Of a stretch of DNA of 49,225 nt, positions 1 through 7,734 are shown in pieces (the stretch's first letter is position 1; each line of letters starts with the position of its first letter). The notes beneath the pieces were generated by a model that worked only from the letters and a program-made list of their open reading frames with translations, searched no databases and had not been told where the DNA came from. The DNA is from Methanobacteriota archaeon (lineage in GTDB: Archaea; Thermoplasmatota; Thermoplasmata; RBG-16-68-12), in the NCBI GenBank assembly GCA_005878665.1, contig VBLR01000151.1, positions 1 to 49,225 on the forward strand, read 5' to 3'. A program made the position numbers and the translations under genes.

Positions 1-143
1 TTCGCAGCCCCGATCCGCATGATCGTCGTGCCGCACACGGGACACTTGCCCTTCATCGCGGGCTTGCCGTTCTTCAGCTTCACCGCGACCGCGTCCTTGA
101 TCTCCCGCTTGGCACGGCACTTTACGCAATAACCTTGCACCAT
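1..143 (-). CDS. small zinc-ribbon protein (DUF5679-like), 3' end runs off the window
   Basis: Reverse translation from ATG at 143: MVQGYCVKCRAKREIKDAVAVKLKNGKPAMKGKCPVCGTTIMRIGAA. Two CxxC pairs are spaced as in the short archaeal/bacterial zinc-ribbon family. It is not in the ORF track because no stop lies within the window. Confidence 0.6.
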   Translation of the reverse strand, partial: MVQGYCVKCRAKREIKDAVAVKLKNGKPAMKGKCPVCGTTIMRIGAA

Positions 144-230
144 GGGGGAATCACCGCGGGTGGAAGGGGTGACCCCTGATAAAGTGTGTGGTCTGCGAGC
201 ATGTTTCTTCGCGACCCGTTTCCGCAATAC

Positions 231-238
231 TTTTATAA
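231..238 (+). promoter_or_regulatory. TATA-box-like element (TTTTATAA) upstream of the 281..688 gene
   Basis: Isolated AT-rich octamer in a GC-rich spacer, about 43 nt before ATG 281. GGGAGAGG (SD-like) lies at about 268-275. Confidence 0.4.
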
Positions 239-280
239 TGGTATTTTGATACAACTCGCAGAATCTTGGGAGAGGTTGTC

Positions 281-688
281 ATGAGTGAAAAGCCGACGGC
301 TGCGTTTGTCTTGTCTCTGATTGGAGGGCTCATAATCTTGTTAGTGGCGATTGTCATCATGGCCGTGATGTCCGCAATCGGCGGGTTAATGATTGGCGTG
401 GGTGCGGACCCGAACATCGCCCTCATATATGGTGCGGTGGGCGTCATCTTTGCGCTGATCGTCATCGTCGGTGCCGTGATGCTGTACATGAAGCCCCAGC
501 AGCACGTCGCTTGGGGCGTTATCGTCCTACTCTTCTCCTTGTTCAGCATCATCAGTACGGGCGGTCTCTTCATCGGCCTGATTTTGGGCCTCGTCGGCGG
601 GATCCTGGGGATTGTGTGGAAGCCCCCGGCACCGATGGCCCCCGGCATGGCTCCACCGATGATGCCTCCGTCGATGCCTCCGACCTGA
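281..688 (+). CDS. small integral membrane protein (about 4 TM) with Pro/Met-rich C-terminal tail
   Basis: Hydrophobic helices (LSLIGGLIILLVAIVIMAV, GAVGVIFALIVIVGAVML, WGVIVLLFSLFSII, LFIGLILGLVGGILGIV) and a tail PPAPMAPGMAPPMMPPSMPPT. ATG at 281 is preferred over the TTG at 266 used in the track. Confidence 0.7.
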   Translation: MSEKPTAAFVLSLIGGLIILLVAIVIMAVMSAIGGLMIGVGADPNIALIYGAVGVIFALIVIVGAVMLYMKPQQHVAWGVIVLLFSLFSIISTGGLFIGLILGLVGGILGIVWKPPAPMAPGMAPPMMPPSMPPT

Positions 689-851
689 AAACGCATCCAA
701 CGTCCGACCAGCGACGGAGGGGCGAAAGCCCTCCGTCCTTCACTACCTGCTCGCGCGTTGCAAGCCTGCAGAGCTGCACGTTCTCGTTCGTGAAACTCTC
801 GTCGAAGAGTAGTTATCCCGTAGCCACTTCAGATTTTTCGGAGAGCACCTT

Positions 852-1256
852 TTGGCAGCCTCGCCTCCCGGATACTATCCGCCCGGAACCTACGCACCGC
901 CCCCCGCATCGCGGCCGATCGGCGTCACACTCCTCGCCCTCCTCACGATCCTCTTCGGCATCTTGATCGTCCTGGTCGGGGTCCTCTTCCTCGTCGCCCC
1001 GCTCATCCTCGTCGGCGTCGGCCTTCCGCCCGCTTTCGGCCTGGCCGCGGGCGTGCTCGGTGCGATCATTTTCGTGTTCGGTCTCATTTGGATCGGGGTC
1101 GGCGTCGGACTCCTTCATCTCCGAGGCTGGGCCTGGTGGCTTGCGGTCATCGTGATGGTCCTCTCGATCGTCGGGAGCATCGCGTCGCCGATCACGGCCA
1201 TCATTCCCGGCCTGATCTTGGTGTACCTGATTGTCGTGCGCCGTCATTTCCGATGA
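852..1256 (+). CDS. small integral membrane protein with Pro/Tyr-rich N-terminus
   Basis: 134-aa ORF with TTG start. N-terminus is PPGYYPPGTYAPPPA, followed by 3-4 hydrophobic helices (LLALLTILFGILIVLVGVLFLV, WAWWLAVIVMVLSIVG). No recognisable family. Confidence 0.55.
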   Translation: MAASPPGYYPPGTYAPPPASRPIGVTLLALLTILFGILIVLVGVLFLVAPLILVGVGLPPAFGLAAGVLGAIIFVFGLIWIGVGVGLLHLRGWAWWLAVIVMVLSIVGSIASPITAIIPGLILVYLIVVRRHFR

Positions 1257-1292
1257 ATCGTCGCGGCAGAAACCTTTTTAGCGGCCTGTCCT

Positions 1293-1499
1293 TTGGTCGC
1301 GGCGGAGACCTCCTCGTTGGCGTACACCCGTTTTGAGAAGGCCCGCATCATCGGGGCTCGCGCCTTGCAGATCTCCATGGGAGCGCCGACCATCACCGCT
1401 TTGGACCAAGAGGCGGACCCACTTGACATCGCGTTTCGAGAATTCTCCTCCGGGAGCTCGCCTCTGAACGTCCGGAGGTTCGCGGATGCCCTCGATTGA
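1293..1499 (+). CDS. rpoK: DNA-directed RNA polymerase subunit K (Rpo6/RpoK)
   Basis: Contains TRFEKARIIGARALQISMGAP, the RpoK/Rpb6 core motif. It lies directly upstream of eno-rps2, as in many archaea. The start is non-ATG (TTG at 1293 or 1317), so the 5' end is uncertain. Confidence 0.85.
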   Translation: MVAAETSSLAYTRFEKARIIGARALQISMGAPTITALDQEADPLDIAFREFSSGSSPLNVRRFADALD

Positions 1500-2697
1500 C
1501 CGCGCATCGATCCGAAAAATCCTGGACAGTCGCGGGAACCCGACCGTGGAGGTCGAGATCCGCGCAGGGACTGCGGTCGGCCGGGTGGCGGCCCCGAGCG
1601 GGGCGAGCACCGGGACCCATGAACCCCAGGCGCTCCCGGAAGGCGGCGTCGACGAGGCGATCCGGACGTTCCGGGACTCGGTCGCACCCCGAATTCAAGG
1701 CCACGATGTTACCGACCAGGCCGGCCTCGATCGATTGTTGCGGCAGATCGACGGCACCCGTAATTTCGCTCGCATCGGCTGCAACGTCGCCACGGCGGTT
1801 TCGCTCGCCAACGCAAAAGCCGCGGCCGCGGCATCGGGCAAGCCGTTGTTCCGATACCTGGGCGGACGGGCCCGTTTGTCGTTGCCGATTCCCTTGGGAA
1901 ACGTGATTGGCGGCGGCCGCCACGCGGTCGGTGGAACAACTATCCAAGAGTTTCTGGTGGCGTCTCAGGGACCGACCGTCTCGGCGAACGTGTTCACGAA
2001 TGCTCGGGTTCACGGCCTCGTTCGCGACGCGCTCGCGAAAAAGTTGCCCGAGGCGGCCCTCGGTCGCGGCGATGAGGGGGCGTGGGTCGCGAAGCTTGGC
2101 GATGAAGAGGCGCTCTCCCTGCTCGCGGACGTCTGTCGGGTCGCCTCGAAGGAGGCAGGATTCCCGGTGCAACCGGCGCTCGACCTCGCCGCGTCCGAGT
2201 TCTTCCGCAACGGAACGTACCGATACCGCGATCGGACGGTTTCACCCAAGGAACAAGTCGACTTCGTGGAACGGCTCGCCCGCGACTACGAGCTGTTCAG
2301 TGTCGAAGATCCGTTCGACCAGGAGGATTTCAGCGCATTCGCGGATCTCACACGGCGCATCGGGAACCGATGCAAAGTCATCGGCGACGACATCTTCGTG
2401 ACGAATGTCGAGAGGTTGCAACGCGGAATCGAACTCCGCGCGGGCAACGCTATCCTTATTAAGCCGAACCAAATTGGGACGCTCTCTGAGACGCGGGCCG
2501 CCGTGGACCTGGCCCACAAATCCGGGTTCGCGACCGTGATGTCCCATCGGTCCGGCGAGACGACCGACGAGACGATCGCCCATCTCGCCGTGGCGTTCGG
2601 ATGCCTCGGCATCAAGACGGGCGCGGTCGGCGGCGAGCGAATCGCGAAGCTCAACGAGCTCATCCGGATCGAGGAACAACTCCAGGCAGGCGCATGA
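1486..2697 (+). CDS. eno: enolase (phosphopyruvate hydratase)
   Basis: 403 aa with [16 protein letters not shown] at the N-terminus, and [14 protein letters not shown] and [18 protein letters not shown] motifs. Confidence 0.95.
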   Translation: MPSIDRASIRKILDSRGNPTVEVEIRAGTAVGRVAAPSGASTGTHEPQALPEGGVDEAIRTFRDSVAPRIQGHDVTDQAGLDRLLRQIDGTRNFARIGCNVATAVSLANAKAAAAASGKPLFRYLGGRARLSLPIPLGNVIGGGRHAVGGTTIQEFLVASQGPTVSANVFTNARVHGLVRDALAKKLPEAALGRGDEGAWVAKLGDEEALSLLADVCRVASKEAGFPVQPALDLAASEFFRNGTYRYRDRTVSPKEQVDFVERLARDYELFSVEDPFDQEDFSAFADLTRRIGNRCKVIGDDIFVTNVERLQRGIELRAGNAILIKPNQIGTLSETRAAVDLAHKSGFATVMSHRSGETTDETIAHLAVAFGCLGIKTGAVGGERIAKLNELIRIEEQLQAGA

Positions 2698-3317
2698 TGC
2701 AGGAAGAAGAGCAGACGGGCGTCCAGGGATTGCTCGTCCCCGAGGATGTCTACCTGACGTCGGGCGTGCACATCGGCACGCAGCAGAAAAGCGCCGACAT
2801 GAAGCCGTTCATCTACAAGGTCCGGATCGACGGCCTGTACGTCCTGGACATCAAGAAGACGGACACCCGGATCCGCGAGGCGGCGAAGTTCCTCGCCCGG
2901 TTCAAACCGGAGAACATCCTCGTCGTCGCGGCGCGCCAGTACGGCCAGAAGCCCGCGCGACTCTTCGCGAAGCACGTCGGATCGAAGGTGCTCGCCGGCC
3001 GATTCGTCCCCGGCACCCTGACGAATCCGAATCTCCCGGAGTTCATGGAACCGGAGGTCCTCCTGGTGACGGATCCCGCCGCGGACCAACAGGCGCTGCG
3101 GGAGGCACTGAACGTCGGCATCCCCGTCGTCGCGCTGTGCGACGCGAACAACGAGACGCGCGATGTCGACCTCGTCGTGCCGACGAACAACAAAGGCCGT
3201 CGCGCGCTCGCGACCGTCTATTGGCTCATGACCCGCGAGGTCCTGAAGTCGCGCGGCACCGTGAAGTCGGACGGAGAGTTTACGTTCACGATCGACGATT
3301 ACGAAGCGTCCTTGTGA
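2694..3317 (+). CDS. rps2: 30S ribosomal protein S2 (uS2)
   Basis: [59 protein letters not shown] 2694 overlaps the eno stop (ATGA). The track ORF starting at 2601 is an upstream extension inside eno. Confidence 0.95.
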   Translation: MMQEEEQTGVQGLLVPEDVYLTSGVHIGTQQKSADMKPFIYKVRIDGLYVLDIKKTDTRIREAAKFLARFKPENILVVAARQYGQKPARLFAKHVGSKVLAGRFVPGTLTNPNLPEFMEPEVLLVTDPAADQQALREALNVGIPVVALCDANNETRDVDLVVPTNNKGRRALATVYWLMTREVLKSRGTVKSDGEFTFTIDDYEASL

Positions 3318-3329
3318 CGGGCGCCGTCT

Positions 3330-4163
3330 ATGCGGTATCCGGCGGTGGCGGGGGCTTTCTACGAGCGCTCGCGCGATGCCCTCCTCCGCCAGATCAAGGA
3401 ATGTTACACCCACCCGCTCGGACCCGGTCGGGTCCCGCAGCTCACTGCAGGACCCCGCCGCCTCGTCGGTCTGGTGGTCCCGCATGCGGGCTACGTGTAT
3501 TCCGGGCCGGTTGCGGCCCACAGCTACTCGGCCCTTGCCGCCGACGGATGGCCCGCATCGTTCGTCGTCCTGGGCCCCAACCACCACGGACAAGGGGCGC
3601 CCCTCGCGCTGACGGACCACGACTGGCAGACGCCTCTCGGGGTCGCGGCCATTGACAAGGATCTCCACGACTCCCTCGCGAAGCCACCGCTCGAGGAGGA
3701 CATCGTGGCCCACCGCGACGAGCACAGCATCGAGGTCCAGCTGCCGTTCTTGCAGCAGCTCGCCGACGCCGTGCGGTTCGTCCCGATCTGCATGGCCTTC
3801 CAGGAATACGAACTCGCGGCGGAGGTCGGGGAGCTCGTGGCCGAGACCGTGAAGGGGAAGGACGTCCTCTTGATCGCCTCCTCGGACTTCACCCACGTCG
3901 GCTCGCAGTATTTTCAGCTCGCACCGCAGGGCGTCACGGCGCCGGCATTCGCGAAGGGGCAAGACGCGCGCGAAGGCGATCGAGCCGATCCTCGCCCTCG
4001 ATCCGAAGCGGTTCGCGGCGAAGGTCGCGCAGGACGACATTTCGATGTGCGGATACGGGCCCGTCACCGCCATGTTGACGGCCGCGAAGCGGCCACGTCG
4101 AGCGATGTGAGTCGGGACACGAAAATGGCCGTCGGGTACGGCGCCGTCGCGGTCTACCGCTGA
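3330..4163 (+). CDS. AmmeMemoRadiSam system protein B / MEMO1-family protein, internally frame-disrupted (about 3963-4095 encodes the conserved segment in the +1 frame)
   Basis: N-terminus MRYPAVAGAFYE...VVPHAGYVYSG...GPNHHG...EHSIEVQLPFLQ...SSDFTH is typical of MEMO/AmmeMemoRadiSam B. See the finding for the displaced KAIEPILALDPKRFAAKVAQDDISMCGYGPVTAMLTAAKR segment. Confidence 0.8.
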   Translation: MRYPAVAGAFYERSRDALLRQIKECYTHPLGPGRVPQLTAGPRRLVGLVVPHAGYVYSGPVAAHSYSALAADGWPASFVVLGPNHHGQGAPLALTDHDWQTPLGVAAIDKDLHDSLAKPPLEEDIVAHRDEHSIEVQLPFLQQLADAVRFVPICMAFQEYELAAEVGELVAETVKGKDVLLIASSDFTHVGSQYFQLAPQGVTAPAFAKGQDAREGDRADPRPRSEAVRGEGRAGRHFDVRIRARHRHVDGREAATSSDVSRDTKMAVGYGAVAVYR

Positions 4164-4459
4164 GCGGTCTCCGCGTCGATCCAGGCCAGGTATTCCGGCA
4201 ACGCCGGTCCCATTGGATACGACACAATGCATGGCATTTCCGCCGGGTGGACGGCGCGCACCGCGGCGATCAATTTCCGGACGAGAGCCGCTCGCGTCTT
4301 GAAGACGATGACGAACTCGTTCGTCTCTTCCTGCGTGCCACGCCACCAGTACCTCGATTCGACCGGCCAATAGTTCGCGCACGCCGCGAGCCGTCGCTCG
4401 ACGACGGCCCGAGCGATCGCCTTTGCGGTCTCCCGGTCCGGCGCGGTCACGTAGGCCAT
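4154..4459 (-). CDS. cutA: divalent-cation tolerance protein CutA
   Basis: MAYVTAPDRETAKAIARAVVERRLAACANYWPVESRYWWRGTQEETNEFVIVFKT matches the CutA1 fold signature. ATG at 4459 is preferred; the track start at 4486 is possible. Confidence 0.85.
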   Translation of the reverse strand: MAYVTAPDRETAKAIARAVVERRLAACANYWPVESRYWWRGTQEETNEFVIVFKTRAALVRKLIAAVRAVHPAEMPCIVSYPMGPALPEYLAWIDAETAQR

Positions 4460-4580
4460 CGCGTGCGGAATCCGTTGACGGGCCATCCGATTTCGCCTCC
4501 TCCCTTCGCTATCAGGGTCAGGAACAGGAATGGGTTCGACGGCCTTTTATCTGGTGGTCCTCGTGGGAGAGTCGTTACCA

Positions 4581-4964
4581 ATGCCCGTTGTCACGATGTC
4601 CGAAATGGTCGCCGCCCTTCGGGCGACCGTGGGGAAACGAGGGATGTCGGAGGAAGACCTCCGGGCCCTCGCCGACTACCTCATGTCGTTCTTCGGTTTC
4701 GAGACGGAGGCGATCGACAACAACTTGGACGTCGCGGACCGCGACGTCTTCTACATGCTGGAAGAAGAGGGTCTCCTCACGACCCGCCAAGAAGAGGTCA
4801 TGATCAAGAAAGGCAAGATGTGGCGCATCCATTACTGGATCCTCCGCGTGGAGCGGATCAAAGCGTTCGCGAAGCCGCAACGGCCGAGGGCGGACGTCAA
4901 CGCGTTCGCCGTGTACGACACATTGCCGGACGACATCTGGACGCGTCAGTTGCCGGCGAGATAG
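4581..4964 (+). CDS. conserved-looking hypothetical protein (helical, cytoplasmic)
   Basis: ORF with good GC3 bias. A TATA-like TTTTATC at about 4545-4551 would place the TSS near ATG 4581 (MPVVTMSEMVAALRAT...). I recognise no family. The 4530 start would lie within or upstream of the promoter element. Confidence 0.55.
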   Translation: MPVVTMSEMVAALRATVGKRGMSEEDLRALADYLMSFFGFETEAIDNNLDVADRDVFYMLEEEGLLTTRQEEVMIKKGKMWRIHYWILRVERIKAFAKPQRPRADVNAFAVYDTLPDDIWTRQLPAR

Positions 4965-5000
4965 GTTGAAATAGACCAGAAGGTTCGTTTGGAGCCTCGC

Positions 5001-6341
5001 ATGGTGGACGCCCTCCCCCTCCTGGCGGCTCTCGTCGTCATCGTCCTTTGGTGCCTCGGCCTGTATGCTCTCCAACGACGGGGACTCCTCGAGCCCCGCG
5101 GACTCCAGCCCTCCCCGCCGCCCGCGGGTCCGTTCCTGATGTGGAAGACGATTCGTGGACGCCGGCTAATCGACCGCCTGGCGCGGCCGAAGCGGTTCTG
5201 GCGGGTCTTCGGGGACGTTGCGATTGTCCTGGTCGCCTTGACGATGTTCGGCACGACCTTGCTACTCGCATGGGAGGCGACGCTCGTCCAGAACGCGGCC
5301 ATCCGGAGCAACCCGCCATCTCCCGAAACCCTCCTCGGTCTCCCCGGCATCAACCCGATCATCCCCCTCGGATACGGCATCCTCGGCCTCGCGGTCGCCA
5401 TCATCCTCCATGAGTTCTCTCATGGCATTCTGTCTCGCGTTGCGAACATCAAGATCCGGTCCCTCGGGCTGATTTTCCTGATCTTCCCGATCGGAGCGTT
5501 TGTGGAACCGGACGAGGACGAGCTGCGCGCGCTTCCCCGACGCGAACGCGGTCGCCTATACGCCGTCGGGCCCGCAACGAACGTTCTGCTGGCTGTCCTT
5601 TTCGCCACGTTGTTCTCAACGCTCATCTTGACCGCGGTCGCTCCGGTCCATGATGGCGTCGGAATCGTGGGATTCACGCCGAACTCTCCCGCGGCCCTCG
5701 CGGGGATGCACCCGAACACGGTCATCACGTCGATCAACAACACTCCCGTGCATACCTACAACGAGTTCGTCGCCGCACTGGCTGCTGTGCAGGTGAACAC
5801 GACGATCCCGGTCGTCGCGTACGATCCGTCGACGGGGCAATCCTTGCTGTATCCCGTGACCCCCGTCGAACGAAATCCCTCCACCGGCCGTGCGGTTCTC
5901 GGCATCTATGCGTTCGATGTGAGCACCGACTACTACCATCCGCTGACCAACCCGGACAAGTTTGGCGGCGTGACGAGGGCGATCCTCGCCTACGTCTCGC
6001 TGCCTTTCTCCGGCTATTCGCCGATTGACGATCCCGCGACGCACTTCTATCAGATCCAAGGGCCCGCTGCGGTGATTCCCGCCCCGCTGTTCTGGATCTT
6101 TGCGAACTCGCTCTACTGGCTGTTTTGGCTCAACCTCATGCTCGGCGCGACGAACGCGTTGCCCGCCGTCCCTCTCGACGGCGGCTACCTGTTCAAAGAC
6201 GGAATCGAGGGCCTCGTCTCTCGGCTGAGGAAAGGCATTCCGACCGAGCAACGGGATCGGATCGTCCGGGGCGTGAGCTACACGTTTGCGTTCCTGATCC
6301 TGGGTCTCGTCCTCTGGCAACTGATCGGGCCGAGGATCTGA
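5001..6341 (+). CDS. site-2 protease family (M50) membrane metalloprotease with PDZ domain
   Basis: HEFSHGILSR (HExxH) in a TM helix, a PDZ-like GIVGFTPNSPAALAGMHPNTVITSINNTPV segment, and a second metal-ligand motif NALPAVPLDGGYLF. Confidence 0.9.
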   Translation: MVDALPLLAALVVIVLWCLGLYALQRRGLLEPRGLQPSPPPAGPFLMWKTIRGRRLIDRLARPKRFWRVFGDVAIVLVALTMFGTTLLLAWEATLVQNAAIRSNPPSPETLLGLPGINPIIPLGYGILGLAVAIILHEFSHGILSRVANIKIRSLGLIFLIFPIGAFVEPDEDELRALPRRERGRLYAVGPATNVLLAVLFATLFSTLILTAVAPVHDGVGIVGFTPNSPAALAGMHPNTVITSINNTPVHTYNEFVAALAAVQVNTTIPVVAYDPSTGQSLLYPVTPVERNPSTGRAVLGIYAFDVSTDYYHPLTNPDKFGGVTRAILAYVSLPFSGYSPIDDPATHFYQIQGPAAVIPAPLFWIFANSLYWLFWLNLMLGATNALPAVPLDGGYLFKDGIEGLVSRLRKGIPTEQRDRIVRGVSYTFAFLILGLVLWQLIGPRI

Positions 6342-6344
6342 ACC

Positions 6345-6668
6345 TCACGGATGACCGGCTTCGGTCGCGACGAGTCCGATCACGCCGCTAACGATGGCTA
6401 AGATGCTGCCGGTCGTGCTGATCGCCAGGATGAGCGCGACGATCCCGAGGAGGATGTTGATGATTCCGCCGGAGCTGTACTTGCCCCGGTAGATGAGGAG
6501 GCTTCCCACAAGGATTGCGATCCCAAGGAGGGCGGCGATTCCGACGTTCAACAACTGGTTTAGGTTGAGGGTCGCACGCCCGATGTCAAGGGCGTTGACC
6601 AAAATGAGCAGCCCGGCGATGAGCCCGATCAACATCGCGAGCAACGCGAGGACTCGCTTCTCCGTCAT
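6345..6668 (-). CDS. small integral membrane protein (about 4 TM), paralogue-like of 281..688
   Basis: MTEKRVLALLAMLIGLIAGLLILV...GIAILVGSLLIYRGK...GIVALILAISTTGSILAIVSGVIGLV shares its layout with the 281..688 product (MSEK start, LYxK/R, STGG/STTG). Start taken at internal ATG 6668. Confidence 0.6.
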   Translation of the reverse strand: MTEKRVLALLAMLIGLIAGLLILVNALDIGRATLNLNQLLNVGIAALLGIAILVGSLLIYRGKYSSGGIINILLGIVALILAISTTGSILAIVSGVIGLVATEAGHP

Positions 6669-6694
6669 GCCGCGCCGGAAGTCGTGAATCGCCT

Positions 6695-7549
6695 TCAGCC
6701 TTTCTCCAGGCCTCCGACCGCCCAGAGTCCCGCCGGGTCTCCGGGAAATTCGTTGGCTCCCCACCACATGCGAAGTGCACGAAACACCTCCTTGAACCGG
6801 CTCTCGCTGACGAACTCCAGCAGCGCCCCGTTCTGGGAAGGACCGCTGAGCGCGACCTGCGAAGCACCCGCCGAATCGATGAGGGCCCGGTAGAGGTCCG
6901 TCGCGACGCGACGGGAACCGGGTTCAACGACCCAAGGGCCGATTTCGCACGAGGCGCCGCTAGGATTCCCGACGATGAATCCGCGCAGCCGGCCGCGGTT
7001 CTCAGCCACCAAGAACGTGGAGGGAAATTCCTTCGCGAGCCGAGCGAGGAGCTTCTGTCGATTTGCACCGAAGTACTTTGCATCCATCCGCGCCAGTCCG
7101 GTGAGATCCTCGGCTCGGACCGGCCGAATCCCGCGAACCCGCTCCCCCGCTTTGGCGAGGCCGTGCCATCGGATGACTTCGTACTCTCGATGGAATCCCA
7201 GGCGCTCATAGAATGGGATGGCGTTGAGGTATGCGTTCAACTGGACCGTGCGAACGCCCGTGGCACGGAGGTGCGCCAGCGCGGCCTCCATCATTTCTTT
7301 GCCGACACCTTTCCCACGCAATTCCGGTGCAACGATGACGGCACCGAGGAACGCGAGGTCGTCGTACGTCGTCGTCGTGAGCACGCCGACCACGCGCCCG
7401 TAGCGCTCGGCCGCGAAGCATCCGTCTGGCGAGAGCGCCAGCAGCCGCTGGAAGTCCTCGCGCGTGTACCCCCACGCCTCGAGGTCGGTCAGGGCGATCG
7501 CGGCGTCGATGTCCCGCTCTTCGAGCCTTCGGATCCGCGTGCCTTCCAC
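6695..7549 (-). CDS. GNAT-family N-acetyltransferase (two-domain)
   Basis: N-terminal GNAT core: VVGVLTTTTYDDLAFLGAVIVAPELRGKGVGKEMMEAALAHLRATG...FYERLGF. The C-terminal half is a second GNAT-like/SCP2-like domain. GTG start. Confidence 0.85.
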   Translation of the reverse strand: MEGTRIRRLEERDIDAAIALTDLEAWGYTREDFQRLLALSPDGCFAAERYGRVVGVLTTTTYDDLAFLGAVIVAPELRGKGVGKEMMEAALAHLRATGVRTVQLNAYLNAIPFYERLGFHREYEVIRWHGLAKAGERVRGIRPVRAEDLTGLARMDAKYFGANRQKLLARLAKEFPSTFLVAENRGRLRGFIVGNPSGASCEIGPWVVEPGSRRVATDLYRALIDSAGASQVALSGPSQNGALLEFVSESRFKEVFRALRMWWGANEFPGDPAGLWAVGGLEKG

Positions 7550-7734
7550 AACCTCACCCGTTGCTCAAGCTCTTCCAGCTCGTCGCATTCGTGGTATCCG
7601 TACGTCACGTACCGTTTGTCCTTCCGGAGATGCTTGTACATGCAGGGGCCGTACTCGTCGTCCTCCTGGCCGTACCACTTGTCGCAGTCCTTGCAGAGGA
7701 ATTTCTGCGGCAGTTGCGCCTGGAGTTCGTCTAC
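7489..7734 (-). CDS. possible unannotated Cys4 mini-protein lacking a canonical start codon
   Basis: Frame +2 relative to infB reads VDELQAQLPQKFLCKDCDKWYGQEDDEYGPCMYKHLRKDKRYVTYGYHECDELEELEQRV... with strong GC3 bias. There is no ATG/GTG/TTG upstream in frame. See finding. Confidence 0.3.
   Translation of the reverse strand, partial: VDELQAQLPQKFLCKDCDKWYGQEDDEYGPCMYKHLRKDKRYVTYGYHECDELEELEQRVRLWKARGSEGSKSGTSTPRSP

Noticed and set aside
2286-4382. 698-aa minus-strand ORF, the longest in this part of the track
   Set aside because: It is antisense to eno, rps2 and the MEMO gene, all of which have unmistakable family motifs. Its translation is Arg/Gly/Pro/Asp-rich with no motifs. This is a typical stop-poor antisense frame in high-GC DNA.
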